NCBI GenBank assembly: GCA_951406725.2
Contig: OX597822.1
Span: 63,302,001-63,366,000, forward strand
Direction of reading: 5' to 3'
Length of the DNA stretch: 64,000 nucleotides
From: Octopus vulgaris
Lineage: Eukaryota
Shown: piece after piece, positions 25,075 to 37,715 of the stretch
How positions within the stretch are numbered: position 1 is the first letter of the stretch
Layout: each line of letters opens with the position of its first letter
Notes under the pieces: generated by a model
The model's input: only the letters and a program-made list of their open reading frames with translations
Told to the model about the DNA's origin: nothing
Database searches by the model: none
Position numbers and translations under genes: made by a program

Positions 25075-25420
25075 ATGTATGTATGTGTGTATGTGTGTAT
25101 GTGTGTATGTATGTATGTATGTATGTATGTATGTATGTATGTATGTATGTATGTGTGTATGTATGTATGTATGTATGTATCTATGTATGTATGTATGTAT
25201 GTGTGTATGTACGTATGTATGTTCATGTGTGTATGTTTATGTGTATGAACCTACGTAAATATGCATGCTCATGTGTATGAATCTACGTACATACGCGTGT
25301 ATGTATGAATGTTTACATGTATGTTTATATGTCTGTGTGTATATATGCATGCATGTATGTATGTTATGCTGGCATGTATGTATGTACATGTATGCTTGTG
25401 CACGAGTGTGTGAGTGTGTG
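25075..25420. repeat. (ATGT)n/(GT)n microsatellite field; comparable simple repeats at 1-215, 31733-31805, 32388-32482, 39738-39970, 40925-41006 (TAA/ATT), 43628-43710, 55520-55765, 57832-57896, 58099-58195, 59882-59964, 60970-61108
   Basis: Directly visible simple-sequence repeats. Confidence 0.97.
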
Positions 25421-26737
25421 TCCGTCCCAAAATAAATATTCATTGCACGTTTTGCTGCGATAAGCAATCATATGACTGAGCTTATGTAATCCAAACCGTG
25501 TGAGAATTGGATAATGGGACAGTGATGCTTCGTTTTATGTACATGTAATGATGGTCAACGAAAGGACAAGAGAACTGCCAAACGATTAACCAGTCTCCAA
25601 TTCCTAGATCCCAACGACGCGACATTACTTTGGAACGCAATAAACAAGACGAGACATGGGTGTTTTACCAAAGGTAAAATTACGCTAAGCGTAGAACTTC
25701 GGAAAATTGAGTAACTAGTAGAATAGCATCCAGAAACAAAGAAAAGCATATCTACACGAGTGTGCCCCCACACGACTTTGTTTCCTCATAACTTACAAAA
25801 ATAAAATAGAGTTTTTAAATAAAATGTTTTACAAATACGATAATATAGGGATTTGTTGTGAAAAAAATATTTTGGTGGCGGCGGCGGCGGTGGCGGTTGT
25901 GATGGTGGTGTTGATGGTGGTGGTAGTGGTGTTGTTGTTGGTGGTGGTGTTGGTGTTGTTGTTGATGGTGGTTGTGGTTGTTGTTGTTTGGTGGTGTGGT
26001 GGTGGTGAGGATGGAGTTTTAGTTAGTTCGCCCGAGTCAGCTTCCTTTCTTCATAACTATCAGGAAAAAAAGGATGTTTTATTTTTAAATGATATTTTCT
26101 ATAAATATCTTTGAGATGGAGTAGATTACAATTATATCGAACTTTAATGTGAATATATATATATATAAATAAATAAATAAATGGTGGACGTGCACACATA
26201 TATATAGTGACACAACTACATATGCGAGTATATCCACAAAATGAAACTTGAAATTTTGTAAACAACTTATGTGTGTCAGTTTGTATGTATGCACGCCTAC
26301 CAGTTTTCTCTCTTTCTCTTTTTAACATTAGATTCCGACATAACCGACATTTATATAATCTGAAAGGTATCTGGAGAGAACTTCATTTTTAAAAGAATCC
26401 ATTTTTCTGAAAGTTATGAGGTAACAAATCGAGTACGGGACACACCTGTACAGGTAATCCCCCCACACATCTCCCAAAACTTCAAAGTACAAAATAACAC
26501 GTCCGATTCATTTACAAATGCATGCAACCACAAAAATGCGCGGATGCATGAAAATTTGCATCTTTTCTTAAAAGTGTTCCACTCATGACCATCCTGTCTT
26601 TGAAAAGCATTCCAACCGCGTCTCTTCTACCTTCTAGCCGCGACCATCTTGCGTTCCAAATGTGAACATCTCGTCTATTTTTAAACCAAGCGTCTTTAAT
26701 ATCACATTACCATTTAAAAAGACATAAAGGACACAGC

Positions 26738-27506
26738 ATTCTTTTCTACTCTAGGCACAAAGCCCGAAATTTTGGGTGAGGGGGCCAGTCGATTATATCG
26801 ACTCCAGTGCGTAACTGGTACTTATTTAATCGACCCCGAAAGGGAAAGTCGACCTCGGCGGAACTCGAACTCAGAACGCAACGGCAGACGAAACACCGCC
26901 AAGCATCTCGCCCAGTGTGCTAGCGTTTCTACCAGCTCGCCGCCTTATAAAGGACACAGTATTCTTTTCTATACTAGGCACAAAATGTTTTGGGAGGGGG
27001 GGCAGTCGATTAGATCGACCTGAGTACGCAACTGGTACTTAATTTATCGACCCCGAAAGGATGAAAGGCAAGGTCGACCTCGGTGGAATTTGATCTCAGA
27101 ACGTGAGGACAGACGAAATACCTATTTCTTTACTACCCACAAGGGGCTACACACAGAGGGGACAAACAAGGACAGACAAACGGATTAAGTGCGTAACTGG
27201 TACTTAATTTATCGACCCCGAAAGGATGAAAGGCAAAGTCGACCTCGGCGGAATTTGAACTCAGAACGTAGCGGCAGACGAAATACCGCTGAGCATTTCG
27301 TCCAGCGTGCTAACGATTTTGCCAGCTCACCGCCTTGTTATTTTCTACTCTAGGCACAAGGCCCGAAATTTTGGAGGAGAGGGCCAGTCGATTAGATCGA
27401 CCCCAGTACGCAACTGGTATTTAATTTATCGACCCGGAAAGGATGAAAGGTAAAGTCGACTTCAGTGGAATTTAAACTCAGAACGTTTCTGCCAGCTCGC
27501 CGCTTT
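26738..27506 (-). mobile_element. Cluster of SINE family B elements (monomer, dimer, monomer)
   Basis: Repeated head and core sequence; target word ataaaggacaca at 26724, 26947 and 27507. Confidence 0.88.
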
Positions 27507-28020
27507 ATAAAGGACACAATATTGAATAACGTACCTTGTCAAAGGCACGTTCAGTAGCGTAGCAAAGAGGGAGCGAAGAGGCGGTCCGCCCTGGGCGATG
27601 CTTTTATGGGGACAGCACTTTGGGGTCTACTGTATAAGAGGGACAAACTCAAGGGATATCCCGAACGACATACACTTTAACTATTTAGCTATTGGGGTAC
27701 GTTGCTTGAAAAATTAAAGAAGAAAGAAAGAAACGGGATGGTCATAGGTCAGTTGAATCAAGACTGACGCGGGGTTAAACAACAGTATCAATTTAGAGAC
27801 AAACTCTAACTCTGTGTCTACGTGCGTGCGTGCATGTGTGTGTTTGTACAACAGTCATCCAACATGCTAGAAACAGTCACATTCTACATCAATATATCAA
27901 TTTCCTTGTTAAATTAATCCACAGAAATATCGAAAAACATGGAGCAAATAAACAAAAAAAAAACCAGCAAACATTTAATGAACATGCAACAGATATATCT
28001 CAACATAATAAGATTGGCTG

Positions 28021-28415
28021 GGGGAGACGCAATGGCCCAGTGGTTAGGGCAGCGGACTCGCGGTCGTAGGATCGCGGTTTCGATTCCCAGACCGGGTGTT
28101 GTGAGTGTTTATTGAGCGAAAACACCTAAAGCTCCACGAGGCTCCGGCAGAGATGGTGGTGATCCCTGCTGTACTCTTTCACCACAACTTTCTCTCACTC
28201 TTACTTCCTGTTTCTGTTGTACCTGTATTTCAAAGGGCCGGCCTTGTCACTCTCTGTGTCTCGCTGAATATCCCCGAGAACTACGTTAAGGGTACACGTG
28301 TGTGTGGAGTGCTCAGCCACTTACACGTTAATTTCACGAGCAGGCTGTTCCGTTGATCGGATCAACCGGAACCCTCGTCGTCGAAACCGACGGAGTGCTT
28401 CCATCCATCCATTCC
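28021..28415 (+). mobile_element. tRNA-derived SINE family C, tail type 1, (CCAT)n end; second copy ~49341-49678(+)
   Basis: Head gcaatggcccagtggttagggcagcggactcgcgg...ggtttcgattccc; 11-bp TSD aagattggctg. Confidence 0.9.
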
Positions 28416-28711
28416 AAGATTGGCTGAAAAATAAAACATAGGGCTAAACAAGAAACATCTCAGTAGTTAACGAGCAAAATCTGCGAGAAATACCATATTT
28501 TAAAGTGTATAAGGGCTTAAAATTTGGGAAAATGGTTTTGTAAGGGATTATGATACTATCCATGTAAAGAAACTCCCATTTTTTAAACCTGATTTTTGAT
28601 AAATAAAAGGTTCCTTATACACGTTAAAATACGGTATATTTTCATCTGAGAACAACTCGTCTGTTGTTGTTTTTGCTACCATTGTTGCTGCTGCTATTGT
28701 TGTCGTTACTA

Positions 28712-28925
28712 TTCTTTTCTACTCTAGGTGCAAGGTCCGAAATTTTGGAGAGGGGGCTAATCGATTAGATCGATCCCAGTACGCAACTGGTACTTAATTT
28801 AACGACCCCGAAAGGATGAAAGGCAAAGTCGACCTCGGTGGAATTTGAACTCAGAATGTAAAGACAGGCGAAATACTACTAAGCATTTCGTTCGGCGTGC
28901 TAACGTTTCTGCCAGCTTGCCGTTA
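28712..28925 (-). mobile_element. SINE family B monomer; other monomers or fragments at ~2352-2577(-), 34309-34730(+), 36680-37095(-), 52218-52385(-), 63785-63978(+)
   Basis: Same head, B box and gaccccgaaaggatgaaaggcaaagtcgacctcgg core. Confidence 0.85.
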
Positions 28926-28959
28926 CTATTGTTGTACTGGCCATTGTTGTCATTACTGT

Positions 28960-29442
28960 TGTTGCTGTTGTTGTCTTCTTCTTCCAATCAGGACTCACGC
29001 CATTAGCCGCAAAGAACAATCTCTAATTCGAGCCTGCTCTAAGCTACTAAGTATGCGTGTAGCAACTTGAAGATCCACCCACCACACGCGATAGACTAGC
29101 GGTTGCACGGGCGCGAAAGCTACGTTATTCTCGTTGTGTAAACGGTGGCTTTTTAACGGGTGGAGAGCTGTACCATCCTGGGGTACAGAGGATTTGCAAT
29201 CTAGACAAGGGTCTGAAAGTTTACCACACCATTGTTCTTCTGCTTTGTGGCAGAAGTAGGAAGAAAGAGTGAGAGAAATGTGGTGAAAGAGTACAGCGGG
29301 GTTCACCACCCCTCCCCGCCGAAGCCTTGTGGAGCTTAGGTGCTTTTGCTCAATAAACACTCACAATGCCCGGTCTGGGAATCGAAACCGCGTTCTTATG
29401 ACCGCGAGTCCGCTGCTCTAACCACTGGGCCATTGCGCCTCC
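28960..29442 (-). mobile_element. SINE family C, tail type 2, (GAA/CAA)n end; second copy ~48765-49225(-)
   Basis: Same head and body as 28021 but an unrelated ~260-bp 3' part shared by the two copies. Confidence 0.87.
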
Positions 29443-31731
29443 CCTGCTGTTGTTGCTGTTGTTGATGCTGCTTCTTTTGGCTTTGCTGCTTAGCCCTTGA
29501 ACAGAAGACCTCCACGATCAAAGACATTCCATTAATGATTTGACTGTTATTTTTAACATATCGAGTGACTGCAATTAAGGACTCGTTGACTTGTAGATGA
29601 ATACGTCGCCAACTATTATGGTTGTTTAAACCCAGATCGGCTTTGATTCTAGCAGACCTATTGTATGATGAATAGAATTCTACCCAAGGCCGTCCCATCT
29701 ATTAAATTTTCAGGTCTTATGAGGGCGCATGACTTAGTGGTAAGGGTGTTGCACTCACGATTTAGCGATCGTGATTTCAATTCACAGACCGGGTGGTGCG
29801 TAGTGTTCTTAAGCAAAACACTTTAACTCACGTAGCTCTGCGATTACTTCGACACCTGACGCCAGGTACAAGGTGTACCTGTTCAGACAACCGCCGATTT
29901 GATGGAGAGAGTGGGCTAATGTACAGCACGAACATCTGATCACTATAAACCAGTGATTCCCAAAGTGGGCGGTATTGCCCCGCCATCCTGAAGGTGAAAG
30001 AAAGTTTAAAGTAATTTCTTTTGTGCCGTAAACCACTTACCATTTCTGTGGTGCCCCCCAAACTTTCCTTGATGCCCTAAGCACGTGCTTATTTTGCTTA
30101 ATGGTTAATCCAGCGCTGATCCTCACCATGACACTTTAGCTGGTATGATGTGTGTCTCTGGCCCTCGTATTATTTACAAGTTCTTGGTTCTATGAGTTGT
30201 GCATAAAACTGTGGAAAGAAGTACAAGAAAATGGGGTTTTCAACGAAACTACAGCACTTTGTTCATCTGCTAAATGAATTGTATAGCAAACCAATGGGAT
30301 ACTTCTCGAAGATAAGAGTCTGTAGTCTGTAGCACATGATGTATTGCTCAACTCAGTCGAAACTTGGTTATAAGTGCTTGGCAAACAGGAATAAAAGAAC
30401 GGCACATAGCTTCCAGGCAGTCTCTCAGAAAATTCGCACATCACTGGCGAAAACAGGAAAAATTCTCTTATTCAAAGATAAACTGAGGCTCACAGAAGGC
30501 ACTTAATTTTGCCGTGCTGGTTGGTCTATTGCACAACGCGATTGGATATAAAACTGTATCCTGCATAAAACTAGATCAATCCAAGAAACAGACTCGGTCA
30601 AATATAACACCATCACATGACTGCTTTAAGTGACCAATCGTTAGGAACATGTAGGAAGAGCCGATTTCCGACTATTCAACCATAAATTATGTAACATTTT
30701 ATGATAACAGTCTTGCTACAACACCGTGAGCACTTCAAAATTATGTTTCCGGTCATATAAACCACTTCAAATATTATTTTAGCAAGTTTAAATTGATTTC
30801 TTTTTTGCCGTAAACCATTTACCATTTCTGTGGAGTCCCCATTTTCCTTGATGCCCTAAGCACGTGCTTATTTTGCTTAATGGTTAGTCCAGCGCTGGTT
30901 AAGAGTTCAAATTCTTCTGCAGTCGACTGTGCCTTTCATCTTTTAGGGATCGATAAAATAAGTATCATATGAGCACTTAAATCGATGTAATCGATTTACC
31001 ACATCCCCAAAAATTCAAGGTCTGGTTCCTAAATTTAAAGCTATTAAGGCAACGAGCAGGCTAAACCGTTACCACGTCGGACAACCTATTTTGCGGCATT
31101 TCATCTGGTTTCTTATAGTCTGAGTTGAAATGCCGTCGAAGTCGTCCTTACCTTTCATCCTCTTGGGGTCGATAAAATAAGTACAAGTTGAGCATTGGTG
31201 GTCGATTTAATTGATTAACTCCTTCCCCTAGAATTGTTGGCACTTGTATAATTCACGTAGAAGAAATTAAACGCGACTTTCTAAACAGCTGGAATGTATT
31301 ATCAAGTTCTTATAGTCATTATACTTAATATCTCAATGCTACAGGCAGTTGTAAATGAATTTATCAACGAAACTTGATACAGGTAGAAGTTCATATTTGG
31401 CTTGTTTTTTTGTTCTCTCTAGTTTGTAGTGGAATTTCTTGAGAACTGCTAAACGTAAAAATCTGACCTTTGGCAAAAATAAATGTAAACGCAATCGATT
31501 CCATGATCTAGGTTCACATGAATAGTAATGTCCTAATCTAGACCGTCTTCGATTTCTTGAAGGATAGGATCAGGCACCGCACGTGGAACTGAACCTTAGC
31601 AAAATGTCTTCTGATATAGCACTAGACCAACCAATTGCCTTGCTCCATGGTAACTGTGCGGGAGACCTCCCCCATATAATACAGTAAATGATTGATTGCA
31701 TCGCAATCTTAACATTTATGTATTAACTTTG

Positions 31732-31806
<75 letters not shown>

Positions 31807-31864
31807 GTTCTGACTGCGTCTACACGTCAGAATTCCTCTCCACCTCTTTGAACAGGGCCATAGG

Positions 31865-32385
31865 CTCAGTTTAGACGGCTATGTGAAGCTACTGGAGACT
31901 GTGGTTAAACCCTGGCTGGAGAGAGTTGCTGTTGGATGGCCATACGTGCTGACAGCAGGATTCGGCTCCTTGCCATATCCACGGAAGATCAGAAGTAGGT
32001 TTCGTAAAGTTTCTACGACTTCACCAGCCCCAATTTCTGGCCTCTTAATTTCCCCGATTATAATCCCATGGCCTACTATGTGCGGGGCACGGTTGAGAAA
32101 GACACCAACCGCTTCACCTGAAATATCAAGGCTGAGCTGGTGGCCAAGGCCAAGGAGGTGTTTCAAGATCTTCCCAGGGACCCAGTGAGGGACGCATGCG
32201 CCAGGTTTCAGCCCCGTCTTGAGGCTGTGGTGGAAACTGAGGATAGCTGCTTTGAGTAAACAGTTATCTCCCAGCCATAATTTTCTTGATATTTTTTCAT
32301 ATTTTAAAATACTTATATTTTTGGATGAGATATTGTATTCTTTTCCTTTTATGCAACCTGTCAAATTTAGCCCTAACACGTGTCT
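31865..32385 (+). mobile_element. Decayed IS630-Tc1-mariner transposase C-terminal fragment between (TA)n tracts
   Basis: LETVVKPWLERVA, then frameshifted WP.N.PDYNPM.YYV.G.VEKDTN-like motif. Confidence 0.72.
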
Positions 32386-32392
32386 AGTATAT

Positions 32393-32481
<89 letters not shown>

Positions 32482-32579
32482 ACGGGAAGCTTTATGAAAA
32501 TAAACAAAAGACGAAGGCAGGTGGAAAACAAACGAACAATTGTATTAGTATGGCGCTCAGGAAATATAAATAAAACAAG

Positions 32580-32617
32580 TCTTTAACGTTTCGAGCCTAC
32601 GCTCTTCAACAGAAAGA
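32580..32617 (-). ncRNA. Degenerate minimal hammerhead-like motif in a (TA)n-embedded repeat
   Basis: TCTTT-CTGtTGA-A-GAGC-gtag-GCTC-GAAA-CG-TT-AAAGA; A6>U relative to CUGANGA. Confidence 0.55.
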
Positions 32618-32869
32618 TACACAGAGAGAAAAAAAAACACAGAAAGAAGGAGAGAAAAAAAAATGCGTGCAGTAGCTAACGAATCAACATGGCCATATAT
32701 ATATATAACATTGATCATAGAACAAACATCAAATTAAAGTCAACGACTTTATACGAGTCAATGACTTTATACTTTAAAAGTAATGCCATTTTGTTTGGGA
32801 CAGGTATAATTACCAACGTAGGAACATATCTCATACAGCAAAATGAAGCTGGTCCTCTGTGGATCACAT

Positions 32870-33095
32870 CCCTACTTCTCAACATAATCAACGTTTCTCT
32901 CAATAGCAATGTTCCACCTTCGAATCAGAGCATGTATCCCTGTCCCGTAAAATTCTGTTGACTGTTCTCTGAACCACTTCTTCACTACAGTTTTCACTTC
33001 CTCATCACTGAACTATCATCTCTTTGGCCCCATAAAAGAGGGTTTGAGAAACAAACATTATTCCAGTGACGAGGAAGTGAAAACTGTAGTGAAAA
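32870..33095. mobile_element. Mariner transposase C-terminal remnant with a local inverted duplication
   Basis: Minus strand SDEEVKTVVKKWFREQSTEFYGTGIHALIRRWNIAIERNVDYVEK*; plus strand YHLFGPIKEGLRNKHYSSDEEVKTVVK. Confidence 0.8.
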
Positions 33096-33866
33096 ATTTT
33101 ATATTTACTCTTGGTACCCAGTCACATATTTGTATGGGAGGAATGTAGTCGATTAAATTGACTGAACCCCATATAGTTATTTCAGTACTTATTTTTCGTC
33201 GGAGAGATGAAAGGCATAGTTGACACCAGTATTATTTGAACTTGAAGTGCAGATAGACAGACGAGACTAAACACTATAAATTGATATTTCTTCCCGCATT
33301 TTACTATTTCTGCCGCACCTCTTTTAACATATTTATTAACCCCTGTAATAGAATTTTAGCGCGCCTGTGTATGTATGTGTGTGGCGGGAGAGTAGCTGTA
33401 ACAGTGTATCATCTCACTCCTTTGAAGTGTTTCGAACTGTTTTTAGTCCTATCATAACAGACCCAATATAGAAGCAACCATAGCACAAACAACGGTTTTG
33501 TCAGCTCTGCGTTAAGTCATAAACGTATTAATTCAACCATATTTCCATGCTTCATTAACTGAAAATACCACCCGATATTTAAGATCTACTAGAGTACATA
33601 TATACGACATAGGCTAAGTGGTCAAATGAATTTACCAGACGTAACAAATCTCTGTACTATTGGACCTTACGTGCATTGTAATTTCTAACTGTTTCGTCTT
33701 CTGAGTGAAGGGAGACTGATGCAGTTATATACAGATGAACACAGGTGGATTTGTTGTCACTGAGCTACAAGTGTACAGTTTGTTGCAGTTAGCTTTCCAT
33801 GAGATTCGAACACTAAGCTTTAAGTCCTAAAACCCATATCTGATGAACAACATTACTATTTGGCAA

Positions 33867-34280
33867 GGATCTTTTCGGTTTGAACGGCAGTTTTTTCTAG
33901 CGGTGTCATATGAAATTGTCACCCATAATTATGACCCTAGTATCGATCTATTGCATTTCAATCTGTTTTAGGGTTAGGGTTAGGGATGGGGAAAGGGTAT
34001 CTTTTTTTCTTCACAAAAGTAAATAAACCCAATCTGTTTCTTAAACGAGGGACACAGTCATACGGCACAGAATGTTTTTTACCTCAATGGACGTCATTGA
34101 TTGGTTGAAAATGCAGAAATTGAAGAAAAAACAACAAATATCTTACAAACTATAGAATTTTCCCAATAAAGCCAAGAGAAAAAGATGTTTTATAAACACA
34201 TTCTACCAGTACACGAAGTTTAAAATTTTTTAGTTACCTAGAAATTATGTTAAAAACTGCCGTTCAAACCGAAAAGATCC
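33867..34280. mobile_element. Merlin-like MITE with internal TTAGGG repeats, 8-bp TSD tttggcaa
   Basis: TIRs ggatcttttcggtttgaacggcagttttt / aaaaactgccgttcaaaccgaaaagatcc; exact 8-bp TSD. Superfamily inferred from GG..CC ends and TSD length. Confidence 0.88.
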
Positions 34281-34810
34281 TTTGGCAATATAATAAATTA
34301 ATAAATAAGGCGGCGAGCTGACAATCGTTAGCCCGCTGGGCAAAATGCTTAGCATTATTTCGCCCGTCATTACGTTCTGGGTTCAATTTCCGCCGAGATC
34401 GACTTTGCCGTCATCCTTCCGGGTCAAATACCAATTAAGCACTGAGATCGATGTCAGCGACTTACCCCCTCACCTGAAATTGCAAGCCTTGTGCCGAAAT
34501 TTAAAATCAATATTAGCTACCTATATAAGAAGGCGAGCTGGTAGAATCGTAACCGCGCCGAGCAAAATGCTTAACGCCATTTCTTCTGGTTTTACGCTCT
34601 GAGTTTAAATTCCGCCGAGGTCGACTTTCAGCCTTTCAGCATCGATAAAAATAAGTACCAGATGAGCACTGAAGTCGATGTCATCGACTCGCCCCCGCCC
34701 ACCAAATTTCAGGCCTTGTGCCTATAACTGAATGGTATATTTAACAAAGCATGTCTGACGTTAGATTGTGGTAGGTGTATTAGCCTAAAATTGCCACTAG
34801 AACATCCGAG

Positions 34811-35226
34811 GGATCTTTTCGGTTTGAATGACAGTTTTTAACATAATTTCTAGGTAACTAAAAAATTTAAAACTTCGTATACTGGTAGAATGTGTTTATA
34901 AAACATCTTTTTCTCTTGGCTTTATTGAGAAAATTCTATAGTTTGTAAGTTCTTTTTCTTCAATTTATGCAATTTCAACCAATCACTGACGTCTATTGAG
35001 GTAAAAAAAACATTCTGTGCCGTATGAATATGTCCCTCGTTTAAGAAACAGATTGGGTTTATTTACATTTGTGAAGAAAAAAAGATACCCTTCCCCTCAC
35101 CCCTAACCCTAACTCTAACCCTAAAACAGATTGAAATGCAATAGATCGATACTAGGGTCATAATTATGGGTGAAAATTTCATATGATACCGCTAGAAAAA
35201 ACTGCCGTTCAAACCGAAAAAAATCC
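34811..35226. mobile_element. Second copy of the same MITE, inverted, 8-bp TSD catccgag
   Basis: Reverse complement of 33867-34280 with its own exact TSD. Confidence 0.88.
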
Positions 35227-35478
35227 CATCCGAGAACTTTATGGGGAGAACTTATAAAAAAAAAATTAACCTTGATTCAAATCTTTGGAAGATATTTGGT
35301 TTATTGCACATGGAAGAGATTAATATGCAGTTTAGTGCCGTAAAAATAAGTGAAAGTTAATTGCGCTGGAAGTGACAACAGTGAAATCCCATAATTTCAT
35401 AAATATATGCATCAAAAATATCAAGGTAAGTGGCATAAAAGGGTATCGGGTGTTTAGCGTTGTAGAATGGGGTGCAGG

Positions 35479-36059
35479 TAGGGCCGAATTAAAACCCATA
35501 GAGGTCCTAAGCACTTAAAACATGTTGGTGTCTCCTAATATATATATAATTCAAAATATAAACTATAATAAACCATAGAACAAAGTTTTATTTTTCAAAA
35601 TGAAACAAAAAGTAACGGTAAGATGGAAATAACGTTCCATTTTATATTTGAAAAGTTTTCGGCACTAAAATACAGAGGTCCCGAGCATCTGCGTAACGAT
35701 ATGTTTTTACAGTGCACACTTGTTAGGGTTAGGGTTAGTTTTAGGGTTAGTGTTAGTTTTAGGGTTAGTGTTAGTTTTAGGGTTAGGGTTACGTAGTTGC
35801 ATCGGAACCTTTGTATTTAAGTAGTACCAAATTTTCTCCTGCTTTTTCTAATTGTGAAGATTTTGATAAGATTCTCAAAATTAGTCTTACGTAACACATC
35901 TGCTCTATACTTAGTAGAAATAAGGCATCCTGAATATTATTTTAACAAATTTAAAGTGATTTTTATTTGTGCCGTAAACTATTTACCATTTCTGTGGTGC
36001 CCTCATTCCCTTGATGTCTAAGCACGTGTTTATTTTGCTTAATGGTTAATCCAGCGCTG
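35479..36059. mobile_element. hAT-like MITE containing a nested TTAGGG-rich insertion (~35693-35895); right ends of the same family at ~30005-30118 and 30785-30898
   Basis: Termini tagggccgaattaa / ttaatccagcgctg; degenerate 8-bp TSD ggtgcagg/agtacagg; nested insert flanked by gcatctgc/acatctgc. Confidence 0.65.
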
Positions 36060-37132
36060 AGTACAGGAAAATGCTGTCTGATTTATATCCCTGATCGTAC
36101 GTGCGAAACACATTGGCCAGTTATAATACAGTGGATATCACCAAGGACACGTTTCATATCCGTTAGGTGGGCTTCCTGTGTTACCCTAGATCACATGTAT
36201 ATAGTTGTGAAGTTGTGAACCATTCTTTTTAAATTTTGTTGAGGGCATCCACATACACGGACTATCGAAGAAAGGTGGATACTAGTCTCATAAGAAATTC
36301 AAGGGAACAATACATAGCGAATCGTATCTGTATGAGCTTATTTAATAAACTAGGTTCAGTAACTGTGAAAAACAAAAAAACTATGTATATGTACGCCCTA
36401 TACATTATTTTCATGTTATATATATGTAAGGACGCTAAACACACACATACACACACACACACACACAGAGAAATTACGGGATTTAACCGTCGTCACTTCC
36501 GGTTTTCATCGTACTTTGCTTTATGTAACACAACGCCATGTTTAACACCTGAAAGTTGAGAGCGTTTTCAGTCTCACTGAAAATTATTCATGCTACCACA
36601 AACAAGGATGTACCGCTCTCTGTCCGAGAATTCTTGATTTATATGTGTCATGTATTTATCAATCGTAACAAATATTGATTTCAAATTTTGGCACAAGGCC
36701 AGCAAATTCTGGGAAGGTGCAAGTCGATTACATCAATCTCAGTGTTCAACTGGTACTTATTTTATCGACTCCCAAAAGATGAAAGGCGTAGTCGACCTCG
36801 GCGGCATTTGAACTCATAAAAAAAGGATGGAGGAAATGCCATTAAGCATTTCGCCTAGCGTTCTAACGATTCTACTACCACGCCGCCTTAAGTATACCTT
36901 TACTAATCTTTTCTACTGTAGGCACAAGGCCTGAAATATGGGGGAGGGGACTAGTCGATTACATCGAATCCCCAGTGTTTCAGAGGTACTTAATTTGTCG
37001 ACCTCGGAGGAATTTGAACTCAGAACGTGGCAGCAGACGAAATACCTCTAAGCATTTTGCCCGGCGTACTAGCGATTCTGCCAGCTCGCTGCATTAGGTA
37101 TACCTTCAATAATACAATTTTAGATTCGCTCT

Positions 37133-37715
37133 AAGTCGGTGAGCTGACAGAATCGTTAGCGTACTGGACGAAATGCTTAGCGGTATTTCATCTGCCGCTA
37201 CGTTCTAAGTTCAAATTCCGCCGAGTTCGACTTTGCCTTTCATCCTTTCGGGATCGATTAAATAATTACCAGTGACGCACTGGGTTCGATGTAATCGACT
37301 TAATCTGTTTGTCTGTTCCTTGTTTGTCCCTTCTGTGTTTAGTCCCTTGTGGGTAGTAAAGAAATAGGTATTTTGTCCGCCGCTACGTTCTGAGTTCAAA
37401 CTCCGCCGAGGTCGACATTGCCTTTCATCCTTTCGTGATCGATTAAATAAGTACCAGTTACGCACTGGGGTCGATGTAATCGACTTAATCCGTTTGTCTG
37501 TCCTTGTTTGTCCCCTCTGTGTTTAGTCCCTTGTGGGTAGTAAAGAAATAGGTATTTTGTCCGCCGCTACGTTCTGAGTTCAAACTCCGCCGTGGTCGAC
37601 CTTGCCTTTCATCCTTTCGAGGTCGATAAGTTAAGTATCAGTTATGTGCTGGGATCGATCTAATCGACTGGCCCCCTCCTCCAAAATTTCGGGCCTTGTA
37701 CCTAGAGTAGAAAAG
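37133..37715 (+). mobile_element. SINE family B trimer
   Basis: Three cores; exact 17-bp TSD aattttagattcgctct at 37116 and 37716. Confidence 0.92.

Noticed and set aside
25824-26114. Val-rich hydrophobic ORF resembling a membrane protein
   Set aside because: Translation of a (GGT/GTT)n trinucleotide tract.
28022-28095. tRNA-like sequences (also heads of SINE families A and B)
   Set aside because: A/B boxes run into SINE bodies with TSDs; no convincing acceptor stem, so not called as tRNA genes.
30180-30740. Non-repetitive stretch with a weak LINE-like phrase (ALITKFRLS) on the minus strand
   Set aside because: Stops in frame and only one short motif; not enough to call a gene or element.
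35720-35812. TTAGGG runs as a true telomere or chromosome-fusion scar
   Set aside because: Short, degenerate, single orientation, and enclosed in a TSD-flanked insertion.
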